From Escherichia coli (GTDB taxonomy: Bacteria; Pseudomonadota; Gammaproteobacteria; Enterobacterales; Enterobacteriaceae), in the NCBI RefSeq assembly GCF_003790525.1, contig NZ_CP033635.1: a stretch of DNA of 64,000 bases. One strand, 5' to 3'. Of the stretch, positions 10,710 through 21,760 are shown piece by piece. The first letter of the stretch is position 1. Each line of letters begins with the position of its first letter. A program made the position numbers and the translations under genes. The notes under the pieces were generated by a model. It worked only from the letters and a program-made list of their open reading frames with translations. It was not told where the DNA came from and did no database searches.

Positions 10710-10716
10710 CATTGCG

Positions 10717-11979
10717 TTACTCCGCCACGCTCTCGCGTAGCGGTTTCACAGGAAAAACTTTTACCTGCTTAATCATATTGTCCTGAACGTCGAGAATATC
10801 AATATCGTACTCGCCAATACGCACGCGGGTGCCTGCTACCGGGATCTCCTCCAGCGCTTCCAGAATGACGCCGTTAACAGTACGAGCATCATCTTCCGGT
10901 AGATGCCAGTTAAAGGCTTTGTTAATTTCTCGCACGTTGGCAGTGCCATCAATAATCACCGAACCGTCGTTTTGTGGCGTAACTTCTTCGGCAAGTGTTG
11001 GCGACATCGACGTGGTGAAATCGCCGACAATCTCTTCCAGAATATCTTCAACCGTCACCAGCCCCTGAATGTCTCCATACTCGTTGACGACCAGGCCGAC
11101 TTTCTTTTTGTTGCGCTGAAACTTCACCAACTGCGTGCTGAGCGGCGTACCTTCCGGGACAAAATAGATCTCGTCCGCGGCGCGTAGCATGGTTTCTTTG
11201 GTGAACTCTTTTTTCTCCGACATGAGTCGCCAGGCTTCACGCACACGCAGCATACTGATGGCGTCGTCCAGCGAATCACGGTAGAGCACGATGCGCCCGT
11301 GAGGTGAGTGGGAGAGTTGGCGCAGAATCGATTTCCAGTCATCGTTGATATCAATACCGATAATTTCACTGCGCGGCACCATGATGTCATCAACGGTCAT
11401 TTTTTCCAGATCGAGCACCGACAGCAGCATATCCTGATTGCGACGGGAAATTTGTGAGCGCGATTCGTGCACGATAGTGCGCAACTCTTCTTTGCTCAAA
11501 GAGCCGCTAACCACGATATCGGTTTTGATACCCATCATGCGCATCAGCATACGGGTGATAGCATTCAGCAACCAGACCAGCGGCATCATCAAAATTTGCA
11601 GCGGAGCCAGCAGAAAACTACTCGGATAAGCGACTTTTTCCGGGTACAGCGCGGCAATGGTTTTCGGCAATACCTCAGCAAAAACCAGCACGACAAAAGT
11701 CAGCACACCAGTCGCAATTGCCACGCCCGCATCGCCGTACAAACGCATCCCAACAATAGTGCCTAGCGCGGAGGCAAGAATATTGACCAGGTTATTGCCG
11801 ATTAACACCAGGCTAATCAGGCGGTCTGGCTTACGCAGCAATTTTTCGACGCGTTTGGCCGAGCGATTACCCTGTTTCGCCATATGTCGCAGACGATAGC
11901 GGTTGAGGGTCATCATTCCGGTTTCGGACCCGGAAAAATAGGCTGAAATGACCACCATGATGATCAGAATAATGATCAA
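10717..11979 (-). CDS. yfjD: CNNM/CorC-family inner membrane protein (DUF21, CBS pair, CorC-HlyC domains)
   Basis: 420-aa ORF with N-terminal TM helices and C-terminal transporter-associated domain; frame stays open upstream, so the true start is uncertain. Confidence 0.85.
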   Translation of the reverse strand: MIIILIIMVVISAYFSGSETGMMTLNRYRLRHMAKQGNRSAKRVEKLLRKPDRLISLVLIGNNLVNILASALGTIVGMRLYGDAGVAIATGVLTFVVLVFAEVLPKTIAALYPEKVAYPSSFLLAPLQILMMPLVWLLNAITRMLMRMMGIKTDIVVSGSLSKEELRTIVHESRSQISRRNQDMLLSVLDLEKMTVDDIMVPRSEIIGIDINDDWKSILRQLSHSPHGRIVLYRDSLDDAISMLRVREAWRLMSEKKEFTKETMLRAADEIYFVPEGTPLSTQLVKFQRNKKKVGLVVNEYGDIQGLVTVEDILEEIVGDFTTSMSPTLAEEVTPQNDGSVIIDGTANVREINKAFNWHLPEDDARTVNGVILEALEEIPVAGTRVRIGEYDIDILDVQDNMIKQVKVFPVKPLRESVAE

Positions 11980-12023
11980 CGTAGTAGTAGAAATGTGTTC
12001 CAGGGGAAACTCCTTTTCTGGGT

Positions 12024-12815
12024 TTAGCTGATTAACTGCTGGACAATTCGGCTGCCGAAGTAGGCCAGTGTCAGAATGACTGCACCCGCAACGTTAAACC
12101 AGACGACGCGGCGTCCACGCCATCCTTCATGATAATGTCCCCACAGCAGCACAATATAGACAAACCACGCCACGATAGAGAGCACGGCCTTGTCGATATT
12201 TTCCATGCTAAATAAGTTGTGCATGTAGAACAGGCCAGTGCAAAGCGTGAGCGTTAGCAGCACCACGCCAATCTGCGTGATGTGGAACATTTTACGCTCG
12301 ATACTCATCAATGGCGGCATTTCCTGGTTAAACGCCAGCTTCTTGTTCTTCAGTTGGTAATCAATCCACGCCAGTTGCAGCGCGTACAGGGCGGCGATAA
12401 TCAGCGTGGCATAGGAAAAGAGCGATAAGCCAATGTGCACCAGCATCCCAGGCGTTGCTTCCAGATGGGTGATGTATTCATTGGGCATGAAGGTCGCCAG
12501 CGCCAGGTTGATAAGCGCAAAGGCATAGACAATGGGTAGCAGCAACCAGCCACGATTGCGAGAAGCCACAATGGTCATTACCGTACAGATCATCAAACTG
12601 ACCAATGAACCAACGTTCAGCAGGCTGAGGTTTTGTCCGCTATCACCGTCGGGCAGGATGCGGGCTTCCAGAGCGATTGCGTGGCAGACCAGCGCAATGA
12701 CCGCAGAAATAATAGCCATGCGCCGCCAGCCGCCGTTTTTTTGCAGCAGACCGGGAACAATCAGCGCAAGACTGACGGAGTAGGCGACAAGCGCGAGCAG
12801 AGCAAAAACGGGCAT
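12024..12815 (-). CDS. ypjD: inner membrane protein YpjD (cytochrome c assembly-like family)
   Basis: Polytopic membrane ORF divergent from ffh; start taken at MPVFALLALVAY... Confidence 0.8.
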   Translation of the reverse strand: MPVFALLALVAYSVSLALIVPGLLQKNGGWRRMAIISAVIALVCHAIALEARILPDGDSGQNLSLLNVGSLVSLMICTVMTIVASRNRGWLLLPIVYAFALINLALATFMPNEYITHLEATPGMLVHIGLSLFSYATLIIAALYALQLAWIDYQLKNKKLAFNQEMPPLMSIERKMFHITQIGVVLLTLTLCTGLFYMHNLFSMENIDKAVLSIVAWFVYIVLLWGHYHEGWRGRRVVWFNVAGAVILTLAYFGSRIVQQLIS

Positions 12816-12981
12816 AGTAATGTCGACAGTTTGAGCAATAAGAAAGAGAAGCAGTATAGCGTCAGGTGAACGCTGCTCCAACCGTTGCATAACAACAAAG
12901 ACGCCTTCATGTTATACTGCGGCAAAATACTGATGATGTGTCGCGATTGCGGCCAACCGTTTCCACCCCAGGCGAGAGACA

Positions 12982-14343
12982 ATGTTTGATAATTTAACCG
13001 ATCGTTTGTCGCGCACGCTGCGCAATATCAGTGGCCGTGGACGCCTCACTGAAGACAACGTAAAAGATACGCTGCGCGAAGTGCGCATGGCGCTGCTGGA
13101 GGCGGACGTCGCTCTGCCGGTAGTGCGTGAGTTTATCAATCGCGTAAAAGAGAAAGCGGTTGGTCATGAAGTTAATAAGAGCCTGACGCCGGGGCAGGAG
13201 TTCGTCAAAATCGTCCGTAACGAACTGGTTGCGGCGATGGGCGAAGAGAACCAGACCCTGAATCTGGCTGCGCAACCGCCAGCGGTGGTACTGATGGCGG
13301 GCCTGCAAGGTGCCGGTAAAACAACCAGCGTGGGCAAGCTCGGTAAGTTCCTGCGCGAGAAGCACAAGAAAAAAGTGTTGGTGGTTTCTGCCGACGTTTA
13401 TCGTCCGGCGGCAATCAAACAGCTGGAGACGCTGGCAGAGCAGGTGGGCGTTGATTTCTTCCCTTCTGATGTTGGTCAGAAGCCGGTAGATATCGTTAAC
13501 GCGGCGCTGAAAGAAGCCAAACTGAAATTCTACGACGTGCTGCTGGTGGATACCGCCGGTCGTCTGCACGTTGACGAAGCGATGATGGACGAGATCAAAC
13601 AAGTCCATGCGTCGATTAATCCGGTTGAAACCCTGTTTGTGGTTGACGCCATGACCGGTCAGGATGCGGCCAATACGGCAAAAGCATTTAATGAAGCGTT
13701 ATCGCTTACCGGCGTAGTGTTGACCAAAGTGGACGGCGATGCCCGCGGCGGTGCGGCGCTGTCTATTCGTCACATCACTGGCAAACCGATCAAGTTCCTC
13801 GGTGTTGGCGAGAAAACTGAGGCGCTGGAGCCGTTCCATCCGGACCGCATCGCGTCGCGCATTCTCGGCATGGGCGACGTACTGTCACTGATCGAAGATA
13901 TTGAAAGCAAAGTTGACCGCGCGCAGGCAGAGAAATTAGCCAGCAAGCTGAAAAAAGGCGACGGCTTCGATCTCAACGATTTTCTTGAGCAACTGCGCCA
14001 GATGAAAAATATGGGCGGCATGGCCAGCCTGATGGGCAAACTGCCGGGCATGGGGCAGATCCCGGATAACGTCAAGTCGCAGATGGACGATAAAGTGCTG
14101 GTGCGTATGGAAGCCATCATCAACTCGATGACGATGAAAGAGCGCGCTAAGCCAGAAATCATCAAAGGTTCGCGTAAACGCCGTATCGCTGCCGGTTGCG
14201 GTATGCAGGTGCAGGACGTTAACCGTCTTCTGAAACAGTTCGACGACATGCAGCGCATGATGAAGAAAATGAAGAAGGGCGGAATGGCAAAGATGATGAG
14301 AAGCATGAAAGGGATGATGCCGCCGGGATTTCCTGGTCGCTAA
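12982..14343 (+). CDS. ffh: signal recognition particle protein Ffh
   Basis: 453-aa ORF with GTPase motifs (GLQGAGKTT, DTAGR) and Met-rich M domain. Confidence 0.97.
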   Translation: MFDNLTDRLSRTLRNISGRGRLTEDNVKDTLREVRMALLEADVALPVVREFINRVKEKAVGHEVNKSLTPGQEFVKIVRNELVAAMGEENQTLNLAAQPPAVVLMAGLQGAGKTTSVGKLGKFLREKHKKKVLVVSADVYRPAAIKQLETLAEQVGVDFFPSDVGQKPVDIVNAALKEAKLKFYDVLLVDTAGRLHVDEAMMDEIKQVHASINPVETLFVVDAMTGQDAANTAKAFNEALSLTGVVLTKVDGDARGGAALSIRHITGKPIKFLGVGEKTEALEPFHPDRIASRILGMGDVLSLIEDIESKVDRAQAEKLASKLKKGDGFDLNDFLEQLRQMKNMGGMASLMGKLPGMGQIPDNVKSQMDDKVLVRMEAIINSMTMKERAKPEIIKGSRKRRIAAGCGMQVQDVNRLLKQFDDMQRMMKKMKKGGMAKMMRSMKGMMPPGFPGR

Positions 14344-14401
14344 ATGACCTTATGCGACAGAGTTATTAACTGCTGATTGCATTTTCTCCAGAAATCAGTA
14401 A

Positions 14402-14728
<327 letters not shown>

Positions 14729-14746
14729 TCTGTCACGGTGGTCATG

Positions 14747-15295
14747 ATGAGCAAACAACTCACCGCGCAAGCACCTGTTGATCCCATCGTTTTGGGAAAA
14801 ATGGGTTCGTCTTACGGTATTCGTGGGTGGCTCAGAGTGTTTTCTTCCACCGAAGACGCCGAAAGCATTTTTGACTATCAGCCCTGGTTTATCCAGAAGG
14901 CGGGTCAGTGGCAGCAAGTCCAGCTGGAAAGCTGGAAGCACCACAATCAGGACATGATCATCAAGCTGAAAGGCGTTGACGATCGTGATGCGGCGAACCT
15001 GCTGACGAATTGTGAAATTGTCGTGGATTCATCGCAGTTGCCTCAGCTTGAAGAGGGTGACTACTACTGGAAAGACCTGATGGGCTGCCAGGTAGTAACC
15101 ACTGAAGGCTACGATCTCGGTAAAGTCGTCGATATGATGGAAACCGGATCTAATGACGTTCTCGTCATTAAGGCAAACCTGAAAGATGCGTTTGGTATCA
15201 AGGAACGTCTCGTACCGTTCCTCGATGGGCAGGTTATCAAGAAAGTCGATCTCACTACTCGTTCAATCGAAGTAGATTGGGATCCTGGTTTTTAA
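14747..15295 (+). CDS. rimM: ribosome maturation factor RimM
   Basis: 182-aa ORF starting [29 protein letters not shown]... Confidence 0.95.
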
Positions 15296-15325
15296 ACCAC
15301 CGGATAAACGGTAAAAGACGGCGCT

Positions 15326-16093
15326 ATGTGGATTGGCATAATTAGCCTGTTTCCTGAAATGTTCCGCGCAATTACCGATTACGGGGTAACTGGCCGGGCA
15401 GTTAAAAATGGCCTGCTGAGCATCCAGAGCTGGAGTCCTCGCGACTTCACGCATGACCGGCACCGTACCGTGGACGATCGTCCTTACGGCGGCGGACCGG
15501 GGATGTTAATGATGGTGCAACCCTTGCGGGACGCCATTCATGCAGCAAAAGCCGCGGCGGGTGAAGGCGCAAAGGTGATTTATCTGTCACCACAGGGACG
15601 CAAGCTTGATCAAGCGGGCGTCAGCGAGCTGGCAACGAATCAAAAATTGATTCTGGTGTGCGGTCGCTACGAAGGTATAGATGAGCGCGTGATCCAAACC
15701 GAAATTGATGAAGAATGGTCAATCGGCGATTACGTTCTCAGTGGTGGTGAGTTACCAGCAATGACGCTGATTGACTCCGTTTCCCGGTTTATTCCGGGAG
15801 TACTGGGACATGAGGCCTCGGCAACGGAAGATTCCTTTGCTGAAGGATTGCTGGATTGCCCGCACTATACGCGGCCTGAGGTGTTAGAAGGGATGGAAGT
15901 TCCGCCAGTGTTACTGTCGGGCAACCATGCCGAGATACGTCGCTGGCGTTTGAAACAGTCGCTGGGCCGTACCTGGCTTAGAAGACCTGAACTTCTGGAA
16001 AACCTGGCTCTGACTGAAGAGCAAGCAAGGTTGCTGGCGGAGTTCAAAACGGAACACGCACAACAGCAACATAAACATGATGGGATGGCGTAA
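15326..16093 (+). CDS. trmD: tRNA (guanine37-N1)-methyltransferase TrmD
   Basis: 255-aa [34 protein letters not shown]... Confidence 0.97.
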
Positions 16094-16131
16094 GCCCCCG
16101 AGATATCAGTTTACCCAGGATAAGAGATTAA

Positions 16132-16482
<351 letters not shown>

Positions 16483-16508
16483 GATTTCGCTTAAGCGACA
16501 TCCTGTTA

Positions 16509-16545
16509 AGAAGGGCTGGCCAATTGGCTGGCCCTTTTTTTATCT
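16509..16545. terminator. intrinsic terminator after rplS, shared with convergent yfiB
   Basis: GC-rich palindrome AAGGGCTGGCCAATTGGCTGGCCC followed by a T-run. Confidence 0.7.
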
Positions 16546-16558
16546 ATCAAAATTGCGT

Positions 16559-17041
16559 TTACGGTGCACTAATCACCACAGCGACGCGGCGGTTCTCGGC
16601 GCGGCCCTGGGCGGTCTTGTTACTGGCTATGGGATATTTTTTTCCTAAACCCTGTGTGGTGAGATTGCTGCGCGGAATTTGTCCACCCATAGCCCATGCA
16701 TCGGCCACGACATTCGCCCGTTTTAATGATAAGACTTCGTTGTAACTGTCTTCACCATAGTTGTCGGTGTGTCCATCCATACGGGCATGTGTTAGCCCTG
16801 TCGAGGCCAATTTGGCTGCCATGGTTTGGATTTGTTGCTGGCTTTCCGGGAGCAATTTGTAGTCATTTTTTGCGAACAGAATGGCATCTGATAAGCCCAG
16901 CGACCAGTCGCCGGCGGATTCAGTAAATCCATAAGATTGCATAGCGGCGACTTGCTCAGGAGTAAACTTTCCCTGAGGGGACTGGCAGCCAGTAAGTATT
17001 AGCGAGGTGAAAATCAGGGGTGCTACCAGGTGCTTTATCAT
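16559..17041 (-). CDS. yfiB: OmpA-family outer membrane lipoprotein YfiB
   Basis: 160-aa ORF with lipobox (LTGCQS) and OmpA-like peptidoglycan-binding C-terminus. Confidence 0.9.
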   Translation of the reverse strand: MIKHLVAPLIFTSLILTGCQSPQGKFTPEQVAAMQSYGFTESAGDWSLGLSDAILFAKNDYKLLPESQQQIQTMAAKLASTGLTHARMDGHTDNYGEDSYNEVLSLKRANVVADAWAMGGQIPRSNLTTQGLGKKYPIASNKTAQGRAENRRVAVVISAP

Positions 17042-17056
17042 ATCGATATATCCTTG

Positions 17057-18283
17057 TTATCTCACCAGCTTTTCGGCACGCTGGTGTTTGGCCTGATACA
17101 TATTGTGATCGGCAAGCTCTTGTAAATTTTCCGCAGAGGCGTGCTCAATGGTCATCGCGTAACCAATGCTTAATGTCATGGTAGTCTGATGGCCATTATG
17201 AAGATCAAACGGGAGATTAAAAATTTGTGTCAGTGCTGAGCATATCTGCTGCACTTCAGATTCCGATTGTACATCATAGAGCACCATAGCGAATTCATCG
17301 CCGCCCAGGCGGTATGCTTTATGTCGCAGCCCGCCAAATTCAGTTAACCGTTTTGCTATTTCAATCAAGACTCTATCGCCCGTCGCATGACCCCAGGTAT
17401 CATTGATATATTTGAAATTATCGCCATCAAGAAATAGTAACGCCGACGTTTTTCGGGCATCGGAACTGTTCATCAACGTGTTGATACCGCTACGAAACGC
17501 TGCGCGGTTAGCCAGCCCGGTTAATGGGTCATGTAGTGCGGTACGTAGAAGCTGCGCATTTTTGGCCTGTAAACGAAGCTGCCACTCTTCCATTTCATCC
17601 AGCAGACTGTTGAAGTCGAGAGCGAAGCGGTGAAACTCTGCGATACGTTCTTCCGAAACTCGTCGGGAAAAATTGCGGTTGGAACGCACATCATGTACGA
17701 CATCGGTGATGTTTTTTAACGCTTCAACCAGACCATTGTGCAAATGGCGGGTGAGGGTAATTGCGATGCCTGACGCTAGCAGAATGCAGGCGGTCAGGAC
17801 AGCGAGCGAAAACCAGATGAAATGGCTGATTGAACTGTCGCGAGCGGTTAAGCGAACTTCGCCAATGGTTTCACCATTGTGACGAATCGGCTGAATGATG
17901 GGGGCAGGGAAGAGCCAGTGGCTTATGAAATTACTGAAAGTATCGCCTGGATCCTTACGGGTGTAATGCCAGGATGCCAGAATATTTTGCTGCTTATCAC
18001 GCACTTCTGCAGTTGAAAATTGGCCTTGCTGCCCCAGCGCTGCCAGTGTTTCAGTTGCTGCAGGGCCATCGGCAAAAACGACCGCTGCTTCCAGACTGTA
18101 AGTCATTGTTGCTGCTGTCAGTGCCAGGTTTTTTTGCGCGTACTGTTTCAGGGTCAGCACCGAGGTCACGGAAAGCAGCAACCAGATCAGCATCATAGTG
18201 ATAAATATGCTGGTCATACTGATGTTGCGTAATGCTCTTTTAAACGTGGGGCGCTTATGAAGAGAATTATCGTTATCCATCAT
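17057..18283 (-). CDS. dgcN: membrane diguanylate cyclase DgcN (YfiN), GGDEF domain
   Basis: 408-aa ORF with TM segments, HAMP-like region and a GGDEF motif (RLGGDEF). Confidence 0.9.
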   Translation of the reverse strand: MMDNDNSLHKRPTFKRALRNISMTSIFITMMLIWLLLSVTSVLTLKQYAQKNLALTAATMTYSLEAAVVFADGPAATETLAALGQQGQFSTAEVRDKQQNILASWHYTRKDPGDTFSNFISHWLFPAPIIQPIRHNGETIGEVRLTARDSSISHFIWFSLAVLTACILLASGIAITLTRHLHNGLVEALKNITDVVHDVRSNRNFSRRVSEERIAEFHRFALDFNSLLDEMEEWQLRLQAKNAQLLRTALHDPLTGLANRAAFRSGINTLMNSSDARKTSALLFLDGDNFKYINDTWGHATGDRVLIEIAKRLTEFGGLRHKAYRLGGDEFAMVLYDVQSESEVQQICSALTQIFNLPFDLHNGHQTTMTLSIGYAMTIEHASAENLQELADHNMYQAKHQRAEKLVR

Positions 18284-18791
18284 TTTTCTTCCGTGCGAGC
18301 ATTAAGACATCCGGGTTGACCTTTACACCGCTACGCGATAAGGCATCCAGGTTTACGGCAAATCTGACGTCATTATTGTGGATGATTAGACAAAAGGCGC
18401 TACCAATAATGCACTCGGTATTTTGTTCGGCAATTAATAATAACGCCTTTGACGGATATTGTTCGGTTAATTCCATCTGGAATGTCGGTGACTCGTTGCC
18501 AAAATAAAAACCATTGCAGCCTGAAATCATCGCCTCTTGTTGAGTGTGAATGATGACAGGTAGATAAGGCAAAGATGTCGTGCCATTCTCTTGTAGGGCG
18601 TTACTAAAATGTGAAGATGAAAAGATACATAACTTTGGTGGCCCTGATAGCGCAGGCCAGCGGGTGTAACTGACAATACCGGAAACCATCATACGCACGT
18701 TTTTCGCAACGTCAGAAGGTTCCTGAGCGAGTATTGGTGCTCCCGTCAGCAGGAGAATCAGCAGTAAGAACAGTCGGTGAGAAAAACGCAT
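18273..18791 (-). CDS. yfiR: periplasmic repressor of DgcN, YfiR
   Basis: 172-aa ORF with signal peptide; 11-bp overlap with dgcN start, operon order yfiR-yfiN-yfiB. Confidence 0.85.
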   Translation of the reverse strand: MRFSHRLFLLLILLLTGAPILAQEPSDVAKNVRMMVSGIVSYTRWPALSGPPKLCIFSSSHFSNALQENGTTSLPYLPVIIHTQQEAMISGCNGFYFGNESPTFQMELTEQYPSKALLLIAEQNTECIIGSAFCLIIHNNDVRFAVNLDALSRSGVKVNPDVLMLARKKNDG

Positions 18792-18940
18792 TCAGGGATC
18801 CTCACCATCTTCGCTCGAAATGCATCGATATTTTTTCAGAATGCTCATTAAAATATCATTCTTTCATGCGGTCGTCATCAATGTGAGAAATAAAACACAA
18901 TGAGTAGAATCTCATGTTTAATTTATTTGTGGGGGTTTAA

Positions 18941-19306
18941 TTAATTTAATCGTATTGTGCTGGCATTTTCATCAGCCCCTTTTTGCCATACTTCATGCAG
19001 TTGGCTGGCATTTTCAACATTGTTGCAGCTGGCAGGAAAGCTTTTACCGGAAAGTCCTCGGGCATAAGTAAAATCGGTCTGGCAAGTTTTCTTTTGTCCT
19101 TCGGCATATCCTTTAAGGTATAGACCGCGATCCGCCTGTGAATCGCTAAATGCATCGTCATCTTTTATGGCGTTGCCCGATATCGCATCTTCCATACCAA
19201 CATCATACCAGTCGGTGCTGGTCAAGGTTGGCGCGTGAGTATAAGGATCAATCTGACATCCGCTAACCAGTAAAGCCAACAAGGGGGCGATAAACTTTTT
19301 CATCAT
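18941..19306 (-). CDS. yfiL: lipoprotein YfiL
   Basis: ORF with lipobox (LLVSGCQ); start taken at MMKKFIAPLL. Confidence 0.7.
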   Translation of the reverse strand: MMKKFIAPLLALLVSGCQIDPYTHAPTLTSTDWYDVGMEDAISGNAIKDDDAFSDSQADRGLYLKGYAEGQKKTCQTDFTYARGLSGKSFPASCNNVENASQLHEVWQKGADENASTIRLN

Positions 19307-19351
19307 TTCTTTCTCCTTTTTCAAAGCATAGCGGATTGTTTTCAAAGGTGG

Positions 19352-19421
19352 TGTAAATTTATTTATACATAAACAAGGGTTAAAAGCGCGAATAAATTGC
19401 TTGTGTAAAGAAAAATGTACG
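19352..19421. promoter_or_regulatory. TyrR boxes in the aroF promoter
   Basis: TGTAAATTTATTTATACA (19352..19369) and TGTAAAGAAAAATGTAC (19404..19420) fit TGTAAA-N6-TTTACA. Confidence 0.7.
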
Positions 19422-19515
19422 AAATATGGATTGAAAACTTTACTTTATGTGTTATCGTTACGTCATCCTCGCTGAGGATCAACTATCGCAAACGAGCATA
19501 AACAGGATCGCCATC

Positions 19516-20586
19516 ATGCAAAAAGACGCGCTGAATAACGTACATATTACCGACGAACAAGTTTTAATGACTCCGGAACAACTGAAGGCCGCTTTTCCAT
19601 TAAGCCTGCAACAGGAAGCCCAGATTGCTGACTCGCGTAAAACCATTTCAGATATTATCGCCGGGCGCGATCCTCGTCTGTTGGTAGTATGTGGTCCTTG
19701 TTCCATTCATGATCCGGAAACTGCTCTGGAATATGCTCGTCGATTTAAAGCCCTTGCCGCAGAGGTCAGCGATAGCCTCTATCTGGTAATGCGCGTCTAT
19801 TTTGAAAAACCCCGTACCACTGTCGGTTGGAAAGGGTTGATTAACGATCCCCATATGGATGGCTCTTTTGATGTAGAAGCCGGGCTGCAGATCGCGCGTA
19901 AATTGCTGCTTGAGCTGGTGAATATGGGACTGCCACTGGCGACGGAAGCGTTAGATCCGAATAGCCCGCAATACCTGGGCGATCTGTTTAGCTGGTCAGC
20001 AATTGGTGCTCGTACAACGGAATCGCAAACACACCGTGAAATGGCCTCCGGGCTTTCCATGCCGGTTGGTTTTAAAAACGGCACCGACGGCAGCCTTGCA
20101 ACGGCTATTAACGCTATGCGTGCCGCCGCCCAGCCGCACCGTTTTGTTGGCATTAACCAGGCAGGGCAGGTGGCGTTGCTACAAACTCAGGGGAATCCGG
20201 ACGGGCATGTGATCCTGCGCGGTGGTAAAGCGCCGAACTATAGCCCTGCGGATGTTGCGCAATGTGAAAAAGAGATGGAACAGGCGGGACTGCGCCCGTC
20301 TCTGATGGTAGATTGCAGCCACGGTAATTCCAATAAAGATTATCGCCGTCAGCCTGCGGTGGCAGAATCCGTGGTTGCTCAAATCAAAGATGGCAATCGC
20401 TCAATTATTGGTCTGATGATTGAAAGTAATATCCACGAGGGCAATCAGTCTTCCGAGCAACCGCGCAGTGAAATGAAATACGGTGTATCCGTCACCGATG
20501 CCTGCATTAGTTGGGAAATGACCGATGCCTTGCTGCGTGAAATTCATCAGGATCTGAACGGGCAGCTGACGGCTCGCGTGGCTTAA
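19516..20586 (+). CDS. aroF: Tyr-sensitive DAHP synthase AroF
   Basis: 356-aa ORF from [29 protein letters not shown]... Confidence 0.95.
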   Translation: MQKDALNNVHITDEQVLMTPEQLKAAFPLSLQQEAQIADSRKTISDIIAGRDPRLLVVCGPCSIHDPETALEYARRFKALAAEVSDSLYLVMRVYFEKPRTTVGWKGLINDPHMDGSFDVEAGLQIARKLLLELVNMGLPLATEALDPNSPQYLGDLFSWSAIGARTTESQTHREMASGLSMPVGFKNGTDGSLATAINAMRAAAQPHRFVGINQAGQVALLQTQGNPDGHVILRGGKAPNYSPADVAQCEKEMEQAGLRPSLMVDCSHGNSNKDYRRQPAVAESVVAQIKDGNRSIIGLMIESNIHEGNQSSEQPRSEMKYGVSVTDACISWEMTDALLREIHQDLNGQLTARVA

Positions 20587-20596
20587 GAGGTTTATT

Positions 20597-21718
20597 ATGG
20601 TTGCTGAATTGACCGCATTACGCGATCAAATTGATGAAGTCGATAAAGCGCTGCTGAATTTATTAGCGAAGCGTCTGGAACTGGTTGCTGAAGTTGGCGA
20701 GGTGAAAAGCCGCTTTGGACTGCCTATTTATGTTCCGGAGCGCGAGGCATCTATGCTGGCCTCGCGGCGTGCAGAGGCGGAAGCTCTGGGTGTACCGCCA
20801 GATCTGATTGAGGATGTTTTGCGTCGGGTGATGCGTGAATCTTACTCCAGTGAAAACGACAAAGGATTTAAAACGCTTTGTCCGTCACTGCGTCCGGTGG
20901 TTATCGTCGGCGGTGGCGGTCAGATGGGACGTCTGTTCGAGAAGATGCTGACACTATCGGGTTATCAGGTGCGGATTCTGGAGCAACATGACTGGGATCG
21001 CGCGGCTGATATTGTTGCCGATGCCGGAATGGTGATTGTTAGTGTGCCAATCCACGTTACTGAGCAAGTTATCGGCAAATTACCGCCTTTACCGAAAGAT
21101 TGTATTCTGGTCGATCTGGCATCGGTGAAAAATGGACCATTACAGGCCATGCTGGCGGCGCATGATGGTCCGGTGCTGGGGTTACACCCGATGTTCGGCC
21201 CGGACAGCGGTAGCCTGGCAAAGCAAGTTGTGGTCTGGTGTGATGGACGTAAGCCGGAAGCATACCAATGGTTTCTGGAGCAAATTCAGGTCTGGGGCGC
21301 TCGGCTGCATCGTATTAGCGCTGTCGAGCACGATCAGAATATGGCGTTTATTCAGGCTCTGCGCCACTTTGCTACTTTTGCTTATGGGCTGCACCTGGCA
21401 GAAGAAAATGTTCAGCTTGAGCAACTTCTGGCGCTTTCTTCGCCGATTTACCGCCTTGAGCTGGCGATGGTTGGGCGACTGTTTGCCCAGGATCCGCAAC
21501 TGTATGCCGACATTATTATGTCGTCAGAGCGTAATCTGGCGTTAATCAAACGTTACTATAAGCGTTTCGGCGAGGCGATTGAGTTGCTGGAGCAGGGCGA
21601 TAAGCAGGCGTTTATTGACAGTTTCCGCAAGGTGGAGCACTGGTTCGGCGATTACGCACAGCGTTTTCAGAGTGAAAGCCGCGTGTTATTGCGTCAGGCG
21701 AATGACAATCGCCAGTAA
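20597..21718 (+). CDS. tyrA: bifunctional chorismate mutase / prephenate dehydrogenase TyrA
   Basis: 373-aa [33 protein letters not shown]... Confidence 0.95.
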   Translation: MVAELTALRDQIDEVDKALLNLLAKRLELVAEVGEVKSRFGLPIYVPEREASMLASRRAEAEALGVPPDLIEDVLRRVMRESYSSENDKGFKTLCPSLRPVVIVGGGGQMGRLFEKMLTLSGYQVRILEQHDWDRAADIVADAGMVIVSVPIHVTEQVIGKLPPLPKDCILVDLASVKNGPLQAMLAAHDGPVLGLHPMFGPDSGSLAKQVVVWCDGRKPEAYQWFLEQIQVWGARLHRISAVEHDQNMAFIQALRHFATFAYGLHLAEENVQLEQLLALSSPIYRLELAMVGRLFAQDPQLYADIIMSSERNLALIKRYYKRFGEAIELLEQGDKQAFIDSFRKVEHWFGDYAQRFQSESRVLLRQANDNRQ

Positions 21719-21724
21719 TAATCC

Positions 21725-21756
21725 AGTGCCGGATGATTCACATCATCCGGCACTTT
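21725..21756. terminator. bidirectional terminator between convergent tyrA and pheA
   Basis: GTGCCGGATGATTCACATCATCCGGCAC hairpin followed by TTTTT. Confidence 0.75.
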
Positions 21757-21760
21757 TTCA

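Noticed and set aside
12994-14306. Two minus-strand ORFs (204 aa and 178 aa) overlapping ffh
   Set aside because: Both antisense to ffh, which has clear SRP GTPase motifs.
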